A DNA stretch of 64,000 bases. Origin: a virus. The first letter of the stretch is position 1; each line of letters starts with the position of its first letter. The notes below the pieces were generated by a model. The model had not been told where the DNA came from and did not search any database. It saw only the letters and a list, made by a program, of their open reading frames with translations. Shown here in pieces: positions 1 to 9,682 of this stretch. The translations under genes and the position numbers were made by a program. Where the stretch lies: positions 18,212 to 82,211 of the IMG/VR virus record IMGVR_UViG_3300017613_001944; one strand, given 5' to 3'.

Positions 1-23
1 GAGCGCCAAGAACAAATCAGAAC

Positions 24-60
24 GCCCCTGAGCGTCGTGAGCTCAGGGGTCTTTTTATTT
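24..60 (+). terminator. Intrinsic terminator-like hairpin upstream of the structural operon
   Basis: Stem CCCCTGAGC/GCTCAGGGG (25-33/41-49) with a 7-nt loop, followed by CTTTTTATTT. Confidence 0.6.
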
Positions 61-72
61 CAGGAGGATCAG

Positions 73-1473
73 ATGACAGGAAACAGGAAGTATCTACAAA
101 CCGCAGCAGCAGCGACAGGAAATGGCAGTCCCTTTGAAGTGAGGGGTTATGCCACAACGGTGATACAGATCACCGGAACCTTTGTCGGAACAGTCACATT
201 TGAGAGCTCTCTTGACGGGGCTAACTGGGTTGCTGTCCAGGCTGTCAATCTCAATGATGGCACGGTTGGAACCACGGCAACCGCCCCTGGACTTTACAGG
301 ATTCCAACGGCAGCGCTAGCAGACATTCGCGCCAGGGTCTCCGCTTGGACCAGTGGCACTATCACTGCTCAGGCTCGTGGCGTCAAGCAGGGCGCAGGAT
401 TGAGCTTGGCTGACGTTGACATCGGCGATGTGGAAGATGTCATCATCACAGACATCGAGGGCTTTGATACCGTCAAGGGCCAAGCTACGATGGCAGAGTC
501 TCTCCCCGTAGTAGTCGCCAGCGACCAACCTGGGCTGTCTGTGGTAGGCGGTGGCACAGAGGCGGCTGCCCAGCGGGTCACAATAGCCAACGATTCAACC
601 GGCCTGGTAAGCGTAGACGATGGGGGAGGGGCGCTCACGGTAGACGGAACCGTGACGGCAAATCTTAGCGTAACGGACAACGCAGTCCTAGATCAGATAG
701 AGCTTAATACTGATCCATTGCTGGTTGTGGGCGGCGGCACGGAAGCAACCGCGCAAAGAGTCACTATAGCCAACGATTCAACCGGCCTTGTAAGCGTAGA
801 CGATGGTGGTGGTTCTTTCACTGTAGATCAGGCCACTCACGACAACCTCAACGCAAATGCAAATCTCCAGGTAGCCGACGCTGATGTAGCTGCTGGCAAC
901 CCTGTATTCACAGACATGCGTGCCATCTCGGGGATTGCCCCGGTACTATTACTTCTCGATGGTGACAGGCATGGTCAGATGGACGTGCTCACTATTGCCG
1001 CCGGGGAAAACCACATAGGCCAGGTGGGCAGTACGGGGATATCAATCGCCCAGATACCCACCGTTACAGCAGGGGCTTACGCTGCCGACGATAATGTCGG
1101 TGGGCTCTTGACCTTCGCCAATGCCGCCAGAGTTAGTGGTGGCGGTGGGGTCATCAAGACTGTGACTATCGTAGATGACGCCGAACAAGATTCCCAACTG
1201 GAGTTGTGGCTCTTTAACCAGACCTTTACCCAGGGGGCTGACAACGCTGCTTGGACGGCGGTGGAGGCTGATCTCGAGAACGTGGTAGCTATCATCAGCA
1301 CTACGGGGGGAGAGTACTTCTCGGGTAATGGAAACTCTGTTTGCACCATAGAATGCTCTCTAAGATTTGACCTGGACGCCACAAGCCTTTTCGGAAGACT
1401 GGTGACCAGAGACACACCCACCTACGCGGCAACAGATGATGTCACGGTGATAGTTGGACTACTCCAGGACTAA
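73..1473 (+). CDS. Virion structural/decoration protein with an internal 30-aa repeat
   Basis: GGAGG RBS then ATG at 73 (the ORF track starts at 37); G/A/T/V/D-rich beta-type sequence; VVGGGTEA.AQRVTIANDSTGLVSVDDGGG occurs twice. Confidence 0.6.
   Translation: MTGNRKYLQTAAAATGNGSPFEVRGYATTVIQITGTFVGTVTFESSLDGANWVAVQAVNLNDGTVGTTATAPGLYRIPTAALADIRARVSAWTSGTITAQARGVKQGAGLSLADVDIGDVEDVIITDIEGFDTVKGQATMAESLPVVVASDQPGLSVVGGGTEAAAQRVTIANDSTGLVSVDDGGGALTVDGTVTANLSVTDNAVLDQIELNTDPLLVVGGGTEATAQRVTIANDSTGLVSVDDGGGSFTVDQATHDNLNANANLQVADADVAAGNPVFTDMRAISGIAPVLLLLDGDRHGQMDVLTIAAGENHIGQVGSTGISIAQIPTVTAGAYAADDNVGGLLTFANAARVSGGGGVIKTVTIVDDAEQDSQLELWLFNQTFTQGADNAAWTAVEADLENVVAIISTTGGEYFSGNGNSVCTIECSLRFDLDATSLFGRLVTRDTPTYAATDDVTVIVGLLQD
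541..813 (+). repeat. Intragenic duplication (~90 nt, two copies at 541-630 and 724-813)
   Basis: Shared core ATAGCCAACGATTCAACCGGCCT.GTAAGCGTAGACGATGG. Confidence 0.85.
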
Positions 1474-1479
1474 AAGCAT

Positions 1480-2184
1480 ATGTTATCAGGAATAGGCGCT
1501 TATCACGACGTAGTAAACACGGTACTGGCTACAGACCCCATAGCTTTCTGGCCGTTGTGGGAGGGGACTGGTGCAACAGCTGCCTGTCTCATCAACCCTG
1601 CTCAAAACGGCACTTACACAGGAGTGACTCTTGGAGATACTCTGACGCCGTGGGGAGAGCAAGCACCGTTCTGGGATGGAGCTACCGACTTTTGTTCCAT
1701 CCATTCGGCAACTCTTGAGACAGCATTTAACGATGATGAAGGATCTGCTGCGATATGGGCACAAGTGTTCAATGCCGGTGTATGGACTGATGGTGTGACA
1801 CGCAGGGCATTACAGATCCGAGACAGTGGCGCAAACCAACTGTTTTTCACTAAAGTGGTTGCGAATGATACACTCACGTTTTCATACACGGCAAAAGACA
1901 TCGCTAAGAACCCCATATCTACGACCTCTTGGATGTTTCTTGGTATGAGCTGGTCGCTATCTGCTAATGAAGTTAAGTACTTTTATAACGGAGCTCAGGA
2001 AGGCGCTACGCAAATCTATGCTGGTGGATGGACAGGATCAACTCCGACACGTTGGAATATAGGCTGCTTTGATAACTCTATCCCCAACCTAATTTGGCAC
2101 GGCTGGCTTGCCGGTGTTACTCTTTGGGACACGGTACAGGCAGAGGCCACGCTATTATCCATCTACAACACAGGGACACCCTAA
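1480..2184 (+). CDS. LamG/concanavalin-A-like lectin domain protein
   Basis: PIAFWPLWEGTG, WMFLGMSW...VKYFYNG, IG...WHGWLAGVTLW pattern typical of LamG_3 domains. Confidence 0.7.
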   Translation: MLSGIGAYHDVVNTVLATDPIAFWPLWEGTGATAACLINPAQNGTYTGVTLGDTLTPWGEQAPFWDGATDFCSIHSATLETAFNDDEGSAAIWAQVFNAGVWTDGVTRRALQIRDSGANQLFFTKVVANDTLTFSYTAKDIAKNPISTTSWMFLGMSWSLSANEVKYFYNGAQEGATQIYAGGWTGSTPTRWNIGCFDNSIPNLIWHGWLAGVTLWDTVQAEATLLSIYNTGTP

Positions 2185-2239
2185 TGAGAAGTGATCGCCC
2201 AGGGTTTTTGCCCATTAAAGAAAAAGATCAAGGAAATAA

Positions 2240-5200
2240 ATGGGACTTCTAACAGGAACAAGACGCGGATTAATAGGCGGAACAAGAATAAGACCCTTCG
2301 ACTTCGACCTGGATGCCACCACCTTCACCGCAGGGATGGCAAAGCGTACTGCGCCAGGCCCCTTCACCGCCGCCCCGATTGTGCAGGGGACTTGGGCATC
2401 TGAGGTGACGACCAGGGACCAGCTTACCGGTCCCGTTGCAACAGCTGTCCATGATCTTTTTGAGGACACTGGCGACGCCTATCAAGGCACTTTTGTTTTT
2501 TGGGTAACGCCAGAGTGGGACGGTGATGATGGAAAAGAGCACCGGTTAGTTGGGTTAGGCAATCATGCCTACGTTTTCAAGAGTACTGGTGGCTACCTTG
2601 TCTTTATGTTCAACGATGATGGAGCTTGGTCTAGTACGAGCGTTGATATTTCTGGCTGGTCGGCAGGTGCTACTTATAATGTGGTGGCCAGATGGGATGT
2701 CAAGAACACGCTAGATGGGACTAATTATGCCTGCATTTCCATCAATGATGTTCATTCTTTTGGATACACAACAGCAATAACTCCAGCCGACATGGATAGG
2801 GTGCTGGTTGGGGATTACTCAAACAACAAGCCACCCAATGCCATCATCGAAGGACTCACCATCTACCGCCGCCCCCTCTTCGACGGCACTTACGGCGTGG
2901 ACGCCAACAGCGGAGTGGATGAGATCAACGCCATCTACGCGGCGGGTGCTGGCGCAGACCCGTGCTTGATAACGGGTTCGTGGGATGCGGTGTTCTGTCT
3001 GCCCACTGACAGCGCGGTAGGCGCGTTGGCGACGGGAACGGGTGAGGCGTGGAGCCACCCGCACAGTTCGGCGGTACTGAACCACTGGATAGCGGAGGAT
3101 GGCTATTACGGTGGTGGGCAGTGGGCGCTTATCGGTAACGCATCCAATACAGGGGTCAACTGCGGAAGCGCGGCGGCTTTGGATGATTTACCACTGGCTG
3201 ACTTTACCGTGGAAGGTTGGTTCCGCTGTGATGGGGGTGGAAGTGGTCACGACGGGGCGCTTGTATGGAAAAGCGGTGGATGGGACACTGACGGATTTTA
3301 TCTTAATATCTACAATGGATATATCTCTGTAAGAATCAATTTTAACAATACTGATGTCGTGATGAACACTACCCCGACCTACAACGACAGTGCTTGGCAT
3401 CACTGGGCGCTAGACTGGGATCAGGGAACTCTCACTGCCACACTATACGTGGATGGTAAAGAGGAGGCCACCGGCACGGCTGTCGGTGCGTATCAATCAG
3501 ATGCAGCCGCAGAGTTCAGGATTGGAGTAGAGGGTGATTGGGGCAATCCGTTCAATGGCGCTATGGGTTGGGTGCGTCTTTCTGATGTTAGGCGCTACAC
3601 AGCCGATTTCTTACCTTCCCGCGCATTTCCTGGTGCTGACGGTAACACTGTTGAGGCGTGGAATATAAACGACGGAACCGGCGCAACAGTGGTTGCACAA
3701 GTCACATCGCCGGGGAACGACGGAACCGCTGCCAATCCCGAGTGGGAGCAACAGTGGTGGCCCACCGGCACGCCGGTGATCGCGCCGTGCTTGAACTTGA
3801 CAGCAGATTGGGCAAATGTGAATGGTGGATCAGGGGCCAATATTGACGATATGCCAACAGGTGATTTTACGGCAGAGCTTTACTTTTGCTATACAGATGC
3901 TGTTGCCTGGAATGTTATTGCTCAGAAGAAAACGGGGGGACTGGGCTGGTCCCTTAGTTTTGGCAGCAGTAATAAAACGCTCTTTACTACTTTTGAATTT
4001 AATACAACAGATGCGGCTTCAGAAACAGTGGCTAATACAGTCCAACCTGGTAGATGGTATCACATCGCAGTCACTTTTGATGGCGGCACAACCGATACGC
4101 CTATAATCTATGTGAACGGAATAAACAGATCGTCTTATTCGACTGCTGGTGTTGGTGTGTACCAAGCTGATGCTGCACAGAACTTTCTTGCCAGTAATGC
4201 AGCGACTAGAAATTTTAGATATGGCTGGCTTCGCCTCTCTGATTCAATTCGATACACTGATACCTTTGTTCCCAACAGCAGGGCCAACCCGCCAGGAAAT
4301 GACGCCAATGCACAATTGCTTTGGAATATGGACGACGGAGAAGGCACAACCGTTACAGATACAAGTGGAAACGCTTATCACGGCTCTATGTCGGCGGCAA
4401 CTTCCGAGGGCTGGCTCAACACCCCCGACATGCCCACAGTCGCACCCGGCGCACGCGAATACCAGTGGGGCTACGCCATCGGCAGCGACGGCGCTAACGA
4501 CGGGGTGATCCAGAACTTGGCAGGACTGAGCGCGGGTGATGATTTCGTGGCTCGCATCCCCATTCGGTATGAGGATGTGAACGCGCAGCCGAGCATCCTT
4601 GTGTACGACGAGATTGGCGCGGCTAATATCACCAACTTCCTTGGACCCAAGCTCACAGGCGTTCACAGCGGTGGGAACAACAGCGCAACTCTCATCGTCG
4701 CGACAGGCGCTTTCCCTCAGAGCCTAATAGGAGCTGCACTATACAACATCACCGATGGATCAAGCACTACCATCACCGCTGTGTCAGGAGACATGACGAC
4801 GATCACAGGTGTGTTGTCTGGCGGCACCGACGACGATTGGGACACGAACGATGTGTTTATGATCGTCCCTGATCCGACGTGGGTGTGGTGCGAGACGTTC
4901 ACCTGGGAGCTTCCGGCAGGCTGTACGGAGATGAGCGTGCATCTGCGTAACGCGGCGGGGTTGGGCGTGCTGTACTGGAACCAGGCGGAGGTTCAGGAGA
5001 ATCTTGTCACTAATCCGTCAATGGAAGATCAGCGGTTGTGGGACATTGATCTTGAAACAGCAGACTTTTCCCAGTTCGACGCCACCACGGATGTGGACGG
5101 AGATATGACAGTGGGAGGCGCTGGCGCATTAGCCGGTTCTTCTAACGGCATCTCGTTCCTTGTTGATGATGCTAACGTCATGTATGCTGACAAGAACCAG

Positions 5201-6571
5201 ACTAACCCAGCGTCTGACGAGTTTAGGCTCCGCTTTTTTGTTGACCCTAACGGGTATACGCAAAACGACACTCAGGAAACAAGGTTGGCGCAGTGGCTGG
5301 ATACCGGGGCTGGACTTTACACATGCATTATCGCTCTTAGGGATGATGCAGGAGCGCCGTCCTTCAAGATGCACTATTGCGATGACGCCGGTTACGGAGG
5401 CGGTGACGTTTCGGCAGAAATCACGGATGATCCACACTATGTAGAGTTCCACGTTGTTAGAGCGACAGGCGCTGTCGCCGCTGATGGGACGGTACAGTGG
5501 TGGATTGATGGAGTGGACCAGGGGACAGTCACAGGTATAGACAACTGGGACCTGTTCGCAAACATGGACGTAGTTCGTGTGGGGGCAGAAGCAGTTGGGA
5601 CTGGCGGATCAGGTACGATCTTTATTGACGAGATCACGGCTAACGACACAGGAGAAGAAATTGGACCTACGTACATTCCGATGGGGTGGAGTAATTCAGG
5701 TCTTGGTGCAGGGGATTCGGTTCAAGATAATGCAGAGCCGCATTCTGACTCGTCTTGCGTGGAATTTGTTACCGCACCGAACGCTTCTGCACTTTATTAC
5801 AGCGTTAGTTTTGCTCCGGCTCCGGCGTTCGTTGGCATAGGTGGGTGGGCGCGTGAAACCGCAGGCAATATTATGTTGCGCGATGCTAGTCAACGAGCGA
5901 TTCAAAACACACTCAGCACTAGAGCAGAGCTTGAAGCCTCTGGCGATGTGTGGCAACACCTTACTGGTGTTGTGAGACAAGATAGTGGCGGTGGCTGGTT
6001 TGCTTTGCGTAGTCATGAAGCCAGCTCCAGTGGTCGTTTTGATGACGTTTATGGTTTCCGTCTCGACGACGTATCCCTCACCGTCACCCCCGCGTCGGAG
6101 GCGAACAGCCTGGAAAGCGGCGGGATTCGGGTGGATGGAACGGATGACTTAGCTCAGCCCCTTTTAGGAATGACGCCAACGCGATTCCGCATTCGCTGGC
6201 GTTGTATTCCAAGGCACGGCGCAGGCGATTTTGAAAAGTTCGGCGGTGATGTATGGATGTATGCTTGGCAGGGTGTGGGCGGCGAATATCTCTATGTGGA
6301 TTGTGTGTCTGACACAACCATTAGGCTCGGTTTTGACGATGGCGGGGGTTTTCACGGCGCAAACTGGGACGCAACGGGAGTTATTGCAGCCGATACGGAA
6401 TACCTGTTTGAGATTAGAACTGTTCCTACTCGAATGCAGCTTCTTGTTGATGGTGTTGTAAGGTCTACAATAAATACACCGATAAACTTTGGTGACTTTC
6501 CCGCCAATATCCATTGGGGTGTGGATGCTTGGTCGCTGGGTCAAATTGACGCCGTATTCCTTGAGCCATAG
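2240..6571 (+). CDS. Large multi-LamG/carbohydrate-binding virion adhesin (1443 aa)
   Basis: Repeated LamG signatures (DFTVEGWF..WHHWAL..LYVDG; DFTAELYF..WYHIAVTFD..IYVNG; RLSD..RYT), NLVTNPSME CBM-like start. Confidence 0.7.
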   Translation: MGLLTGTRRGLIGGTRIRPFDFDLDATTFTAGMAKRTAPGPFTAAPIVQGTWASEVTTRDQLTGPVATAVHDLFEDTGDAYQGTFVFWVTPEWDGDDGKEHRLVGLGNHAYVFKSTGGYLVFMFNDDGAWSSTSVDISGWSAGATYNVVARWDVKNTLDGTNYACISINDVHSFGYTTAITPADMDRVLVGDYSNNKPPNAIIEGLTIYRRPLFDGTYGVDANSGVDEINAIYAAGAGADPCLITGSWDAVFCLPTDSAVGALATGTGEAWSHPHSSAVLNHWIAEDGYYGGGQWALIGNASNTGVNCGSAAALDDLPLADFTVEGWFRCDGGGSGHDGALVWKSGGWDTDGFYLNIYNGYISVRINFNNTDVVMNTTPTYNDSAWHHWALDWDQGTLTATLYVDGKEEATGTAVGAYQSDAAAEFRIGVEGDWGNPFNGAMGWVRLSDVRRYTADFLPSRAFPGADGNTVEAWNINDGTGATVVAQVTSPGNDGTAANPEWEQQWWPTGTPVIAPCLNLTADWANVNGGSGANIDDMPTGDFTAELYFCYTDAVAWNVIAQKKTGGLGWSLSFGSSNKTLFTTFEFNTTDAASETVANTVQPGRWYHIAVTFDGGTTDTPIIYVNGINRSSYSTAGVGVYQADAAQNFLASNAATRNFRYGWLRLSDSIRYTDTFVPNSRANPPGNDANAQLLWNMDDGEGTTVTDTSGNAYHGSMSAATSEGWLNTPDMPTVAPGAREYQWGYAIGSDGANDGVIQNLAGLSAGDDFVARIPIRYEDVNAQPSILVYDEIGAANITNFLGPKLTGVHSGGNNSATLIVATGAFPQSLIGAALYNITDGSSTTITAVSGDMTTITGVLSGGTDDDWDTNDVFMIVPDPTWVWCETFTWELPAGCTEMSVHLRNAAGLGVLYWNQAEVQENLVTNPSMEDQRLWDIDLETADFSQFDATTDVDGDMTVGGAGALAGSSNGISFLVDDANVMYADKNQTNPASDEFRLRFFVDPNGYTQNDTQETRLAQWLDTGAGLYTCIIALRDDAGAPSFKMHYCDDAGYGGGDVSAEITDDPHYVEFHVVRATGAVAADGTVQWWIDGVDQGTVTGIDNWDLFANMDVVRVGAEAVGTGGSGTIFIDEITANDTGEEIGPTYIPMGWSNSGLGAGDSVQDNAEPHSDSSCVEFVTAPNASALYYSVSFAPAPAFVGIGGWARETAGNIMLRDASQRAIQNTLSTRAELEASGDVWQHLTGVVRQDSGGGWFALRSHEASSSGRFDDVYGFRLDDVSLTVTPASEANSLESGGIRVDGTDDLAQPLLGMTPTRFRIRWRCIPRHGAGDFEKFGGDVWMYAWQGVGGEYLYVDCVSDTTIRLGFDDGGGFHGANWDATGVIAADTEYLFEIRTVPTRMQLLVDGVVRSTINTPINFGDFPANIHWGVDAWSLGQIDAVFLEP

Positions 6572-6651
6572 GAGAGTATGAGTGAGTGGATCGTGCGGTA
6601 TTTTATCTAGTAGAGGAAAAGACTTTTCTGATAATTTTCAGGAGGGACAAA

Positions 6652-7062
6652 ATGACAGAGTATGATTTCAGATATCAGTTGGAGGCTCTCGAGGCCAAGA
6701 ACGATGGGACTGGAGTAATCAAGCATCAAACTGCTGCGGTGTCCAGACCATCCGACGCTTTGCCAGAGGATGGTTGGAGTGTGATTGGCGGAAGACGCAA
6801 AGAGATTCAGATCCATCACGTTGACTTGGCTGTGGTTAATGCCATGGACCCCGGCGCTGCGCGGAACCAGGCTTACAAGGCGTTGCTGGTGTCAAGTCTT
6901 AACTCAACCTTTGAGCCGGTGCTTGGGTGGGATGGGGATTCTTTGGCGCTCTTCATGGCAGAGAATGATGCTGCTATGTCGGTGTGTGAGGATGCTGTGG
7001 CATACCTGGCTACCATCGGGGCTTTCAATTTCCCAGAAAATCCTATTCCCTTTAACGTGTAG
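6652..7062 (+). CDS. Hypothetical protein (possible fibre-associated)
   Basis: GGAGG RBS then ATG at 6652. Confidence 0.55.
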   Translation: MTEYDFRYQLEALEAKNDGTGVIKHQTAAVSRPSDALPEDGWSVIGGRRKEIQIHHVDLAVVNAMDPGAARNQAYKALLVSSLNSTFEPVLGWDGDSLALFMAENDAAMSVCEDAVAYLATIGAFNFPENPIPFNV

Positions 7063-7071
7063 GAGGTCGGT

Positions 7072-7440
7072 ATGATTGTGCCAGATGCGTATTCTCTTAA
7101 AATGATTATCAATATCCTTGCTGATGGGCGTACTGTCTCGTCACCAGGTCCCAGGGCGGCGGAGACAGGTACTTTAACGGAGGGGTATGGCGGCTTACCG
7201 TTCCTGGTGAGCCCCGGCTCAACCACGCCTGTTGGCCTTGGCACGATCACTAGACCAAAGTTTGTCGGGGTGTGGGGGGATGAGGGGATTAGCTTCAAAA
7301 CCTCTGGCAGCGGAGATGAGATCAGCGCCAACCCCTTCGCCTTCATCGCGAATATCAGTGATGGTATGGATGTCGTCAGTCTTCAGATTGTTAACGCAGA
7401 TACAGTCTCTCATAACGTGATAGTTATGGCGGCAGAGTAA
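7072..7440 (+). CDS. Hypothetical structural protein
   Basis: AGGAGG RBS; in the operon. Confidence 0.55.
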   Translation: MIVPDAYSLKMIINILADGRTVSSPGPRAAETGTLTEGYGGLPFLVSPGSTTPVGLGTITRPKFVGVWGDEGISFKTSGSGDEISANPFAFIANISDGMDVVSLQIVNADTVSHNVIVMAAE

Positions 7441-7673
7441 TGACTAAAAGAAAGACCACTAAGAAAAAGAAGTGGATCGGCAAGGCTTCCAAGAGTATCA
7501 AGAAGAGGGGTACTGCTGGCAGCTTTACCGCATATTGAAAGAGGGTGGGATATGGTGGCGTGACCACCGCCTGTATCGCCCAAGGTCTCAGGAGTAAAAA
7601 TCCGTCTATCCGTAAAAAGGCACAATTCGCCAAGGCAAGTAGGACTATAGCGCGGAGGAAAAAGAAGAAATGA
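7440..7673 (+). CDS. Small Lys/Arg-rich protein (77 codons) with in-frame TGA at codon 33; candidate selenoprotein, readthrough or nonsense allele
   Basis: Absent from the ORF track. MTKRKTTKKKKWIGKASKSIKKRGTAGSFTAY*KRVGYGGVTTACIAQGLRSKNPSIRKKAQFAKASRTIARRKKKK; TAATG overlap upstream and ATGA overlap downstream. Confidence 0.65.
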
Positions 7674-8065
7674 TTCCGGTTATTAAGACTAAAGAGGATA
7701 TCCTGACTGTGATGCGGCAGAACCGGCGATGGCGTCGGCGTCAGCGCATCTTTGCACTGCGACAGTGTGTGAAAACCCTGGGGCTCCTGCGCCAAAAGCT
7801 GGAGATAGATGCCAACGAAGGCTTTAGCATCCGTAGGCCATTACTCCTTATGTTGAAGAGGGAGGAAAAGATCTGGCAGGAACGGGGCGGCGAATGGCCT
7901 TTAAAGAAAGGGAAAAAACTGCCAGCAGAGAAGAAAGTAATAACAACGGGTCCCGCTAGGAAAATGGCTAAAGAGCATGATGTACCACTAGCCATACTTG
8001 AAGGGACAGGAAAGAATGGAAAGATCACCGTGAAGGATGTAAGGGAATATGTCCAAGCCCAGTAG
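7670..8065 (+). CDS. Protein with C-terminal E3-binding (peripheral subunit-binding)-like domain
   Basis: TGPARKMAKEHDVPLAILEGTGKNGKITVKDV matches the PSBD pattern. Confidence 0.65.
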   Translation: MIPVIKTKEDILTVMRQNRRWRRRQRIFALRQCVKTLGLLRQKLEIDANEGFSIRRPLLLMLKREEKIWQERGGEWPLKKGKKLPAEKKVITTGPARKMAKEHDVPLAILEGTGKNGKITVKDVREYVQAQ

Positions 8066-8402
8066 TGTCAAGATAGTACAGGGTGACACGGTTTATGATA
8101 CCGTACATGCTGCGTGGCTGTCCAATGGTCAGCCATCTCAGTTTGAGCGTTACGGAGAGTTTGGTGGAGCTCTATACAGGGTGCTAGACACCACAGAAAC
8201 GTATCCAGATTTCTACCAGTTCGGTTCACTGGGGCCAACAGTGTTCAGTGAGGACAGCGCCAGTGAAAGGCCAACCGAAAGAGGTTGGCATATCCTCAAT
8301 AGACGTTATCACTACTTGAAGGCGAAGTGGAAGTTCAATGGGAGGGTCAAGATAACCGCCCCCGAACTTCCGAATGAGTTGAGTCCAGATGAAACAGCGT
8401 AG
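8049..8402 (+). CDS. Hypothetical protein
   Basis: ORF overlapping its neighbours in the operon. Confidence 0.5.
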   Translation: MSKPSSVKIVQGDTVYDTVHAAWLSNGQPSQFERYGEFGGALYRVLDTTETYPDFYQFGSLGPTVFSEDSASERPTERGWHILNRRYHYLKAKWKFNGRVKITAPELPNELSPDETA

Positions 8403-8697
8403 TGATACTCTCAGGTTCAACAGCGAAGGCCAGGTAGTTCTTGGTGATATAAGAAAACCTGGACATGACTATCTGTGTGATATGTGCGCCGAGTTATTTG
8501 AGGTGAGATACAGCCAGGACAAGAAACCTATTGCCGTGACCTGTCCCATCTGCGGTTCTGGACGCACAAACAAGGTGTTGAATATGCCAGCCACCAGCAT
8601 TTGGTGGAAAGATGCTATGTCTAGCAGTGATGTGGGGGACTTGACTCCCAGAATGAGACGTGCATCAAAGAACAGGCATATTCAAAGAGATGAGTAG
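8389..8697 (+). CDS. FmdB-like zinc-ribbon protein
   Basis: DYLCDMC..FE..CPICGS..KVLNMP. Confidence 0.65.
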   Translation: MKQRSDTLRFNSEGQVVLGDIRKPGHDYLCDMCAELFEVRYSQDKKPIAVTCPICGSGRTNKVLNMPATSIWWKDAMSSSDVGDLTPRMRRASKNRHIQRDE

Positions 8698-8706
8698 GAG
8701 GGTTGT

Positions 8707-9090
8707 ATGGCAACTACTACCAGTTTTCTACAGTCTCGAGCCGTAAGAGAAGCGACGTTTACACTTGTCTTTGGTGATATAGCTGCTGCCAGGATGTTTA
8801 CTCTCCCGGCGGGAGCGCGGATCATCCACTGGATTGTAAATGTCAAAACAGCCTTTAGTGGCGGTACAACTACCATAGATGTTGGTACTACCAGTGCCAG
8901 CAGCAATGAGATTATCGACGGTGAGTCGGTAGCCGCAGTAGGAAATATTGACATTGGGGTTCATCTTCTTTTACCGGGTCACGAGACGACGGCGGTTACC
9001 GATATCTATGCGGTAGTCGGCGCTTCAAACTCAGCGGGTGAGGTTGATGTAAGCTGCGTGTTCTCACTAGAAGTAGACACGCCGAGATAA
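8707..9090 (+). CDS. Putative capsid decoration protein
   Basis: TLPAGARII..V.V.TAF.G..TIDVG motif; upstream of scaffold and capsid genes. Confidence 0.55.
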   Translation: MATTTSFLQSRAVREATFTLVFGDIAAARMFTLPAGARIIHWIVNVKTAFSGGTTTIDVGTTSASSNEIIDGESVAAVGNIDIGVHLLLPGHETTAVTDIYAVVGASNSAGEVDVSCVFSLEVDTPR

Positions 9091-9103
9091 GGGAGGAATA
9101 AGT

Positions 9104-9670
9104 ATGGCTGATGCGATTTTTGCACGCAAAGAGAGGGCCACTGATACCACATACGTGACCTTCAAACAAGTCCATTCCTACCGTGATGTCCTGGAAGGCG
9201 ACGCCTCCAGTGATGTCGATACCGGCAAGTCCCCAGTTACTCGCTGGCTCACGTATGTCTTTGACTACGCTGACCTCGCCAGCAATACTGGCGGAACTGC
9301 TGTTGTAACCAACTGTCTGGTTCCACGCGGATCTCTGATCGTAGACTGCTTCTTGCGTCTCGATGAGGCATTCGATGGCGACGGTGCGGATACAGTCGAT
9401 ATCGGTGACTCCAATGTCGCTGACGGATATGCGGTGGACTTGGACCTAACCACAGCTCCAGGTACTACGGCTCTGTGGTTCCGAGATGCGAATGCCGTTT
9501 ACATTAACAAGGCAAGCGACATTTCGGCGGGGGCCACTGGCGCTCAGTACTACAGAGAGGGTGGCGCAGTAATTGTCGCCATCGGAGAAACAGTACCTAC
9601 TCAGGGTAAAGCCATCGTGTTCTTGGTATCACCAAGCTACAACGAGCCGCTTAACTCAGAGTGGACCTAG
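9104..9670 (+). CDS. Putative capsid decoration protein (distant paralogue of the previous gene)
   Basis: LVPRGSLIVD..LDEAFDG...TVDIGD. Confidence 0.5.
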   Translation: MADAIFARKERATDTTYVTFKQVHSYRDVLEGDASSDVDTGKSPVTRWLTYVFDYADLASNTGGTAVVTNCLVPRGSLIVDCFLRLDEAFDGDGADTVDIGDSNVADGYAVDLDLTTAPGTTALWFRDANAVYINKASDISAGATGAQYYREGGAVIVAIGETVPTQGKAIVFLVSPSYNEPLNSEWT

Positions 9671-9682
9671 CAGGAGAGTTAA

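Noticed and set aside
541-813. Diversity-generating retroelement TR/VR pair
   Set aside because: Differences are mostly synonymous and not adenine-specific, both copies are in one ORF, and no reverse transcriptase is seen.
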